Assembly (NCBI GenBank): GCA_043228905.1
Contig: JBHGNT010000004.1
Coordinates: forward strand, 7,688,001 to 7,752,000
From: Azolla caroliniana
Lineage: Eukaryota > Plantae > Polypodiophyta
Reading direction: 5' to 3'
DNA: 64,000 bases
Shown: in pieces, positions 63,285 to 64,000 of the stretch
Numbering within the stretch: the stretch's first letter is position 1
Layout: the number at the start of each line of letters is the position of its first letter
Program-made: the position numbers and the translations under genes
Notes under the pieces: model-generated
The model's database searches: none
Told to the model about the DNA's origin: nothing
The model's input: the letters and a program-made list of their open reading frames with translations, nothing else

Positions 63285-63833
63285 ATCTATTGATAATGAA
63301 TGATCACACTACATGAATGGAAAAGAAAACACCACAAGAAGTAGACTCAGATTAAAACTCCCAACCTTACTCTCCTTCCCTTATTACAAAGGTATCACTT
63401 CATCTATCTCCCCTTCTATACTCCTCTTCTCACTTCTTATAATCTTCTTCTTCTCTTTTTGACGCTTTTTTTAGAAGTTTTTTATCTCCTATTTTTAGCT
63501 ATGACACATCGACCTTCTAATTGTCGTATCTCCCTCGTCTGAGCTCCAAATTTAGAGATCTAAAGTTCTAAAGATAGCTGACTTCACAAGATTTCTAACC
63601 CATATTTGCACATTATATTTGGGTTTCAAACGAAAGAGTTATGATCATTCATTTAAGAGTGTGTTTTGGTGGCCCGCTTTTTTCTTCTTTTACTTTTCTC
63701 CATGTTTCTTGCTTTTAGTTTGACTTATCCTCAAAACCTTGGTTCGTGTTCTTGACCTCCGGATATGAATGCTCCATACCTTCCTTATATTCTTGTAATG
63801 TTCAATACCTTGAATTCTAAAAACACTTTCACA
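63285..63833. mobile_element. Unclassified ~550-bp insertion in the L1 (possible truncated LTR)
   Basis: Non-coding DNA interrupts L1 ORF2 between ..TKALLG and ..LLFWP and ends CTTTCACA. The left end and TSD are unresolved. Confidence 0.4.
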
Positions 63834-64000
63834 CCTAGCAAGGCCTTCGTTTGCACCACGGGATCTATCAATCCCACCCCCCCTCCACTTTTCCTTTTTA
63901 TAAGTGTGGTCCAAGAATCCTTTGCACAAGCCTGTTTTTCCTCCGTGCCCCCCCATAAGAAATTTCTGATAATCCTTTTTATCAATTTCATCAACTTGGG

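Larger units (their letters stand above)
61005..64000 (-). mobile_element. Decayed L1-clade LINE ORF2 3' part (post-RT region, zf-RVT), interrupted by two insertions
   Basis: Motifs IIRNFLWGG..W..L..KSGGGVGLIDP, PIVWNPLI, LWLIAHRALPVGTW..CIACGQIESISHCLWEC and WCIW. The ORF ends ..WLFPPPIS* at 61218. A T-rich tract near 61002-61010 may be the poly(A) tail. Confidence 0.85.

Overview
Land-plant nuclear DNA, most likely a fern or other non-seed plant. This is inferred from a Tcn1-type chromovirus remnant, an RTE-X-type LINE and microsatellite-rich LTRs. Two intact host genes lie on the minus strand: an RGI/RGFR-type (RGI5-like) LRR-XI receptor kinase (2 exons, 12418-8005) and an AAK1/NAK-family kinase (7 exons, 59275-53192, one GC-AG intron). 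Between them is a ~25 kb nested transposon island (24711-49673) that can be resolved almost completely using target-site duplications (TSDs). An old LTR hosts copia A, A hosts B, B hosts C, and C hosts D. A also hosts E, which hosts solo LTR F, which hosts an RTE-X LINE. D is fully intact, with a 1337-aa polyprotein and apparently identical 285-bp LTRs. B and E are two independent insertions of a copia type that keeps integrase but lacks RT and RNase H. The most novel-looking signal is structural. In four sequence-unrelated copia LTR families, the 10-13 nt just upstream of the polypurine tract (PPT) are complementary to the start of U3, placing the PPT in a hairpin loop. The TATA boxes of these LTRs also sit inside inverted repeats whose arms differ between families but stay paired. 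Degenerate gypsy, copia, hAT and L1 remnants fill the flanks. All analysis was by eye; no database searches were run.
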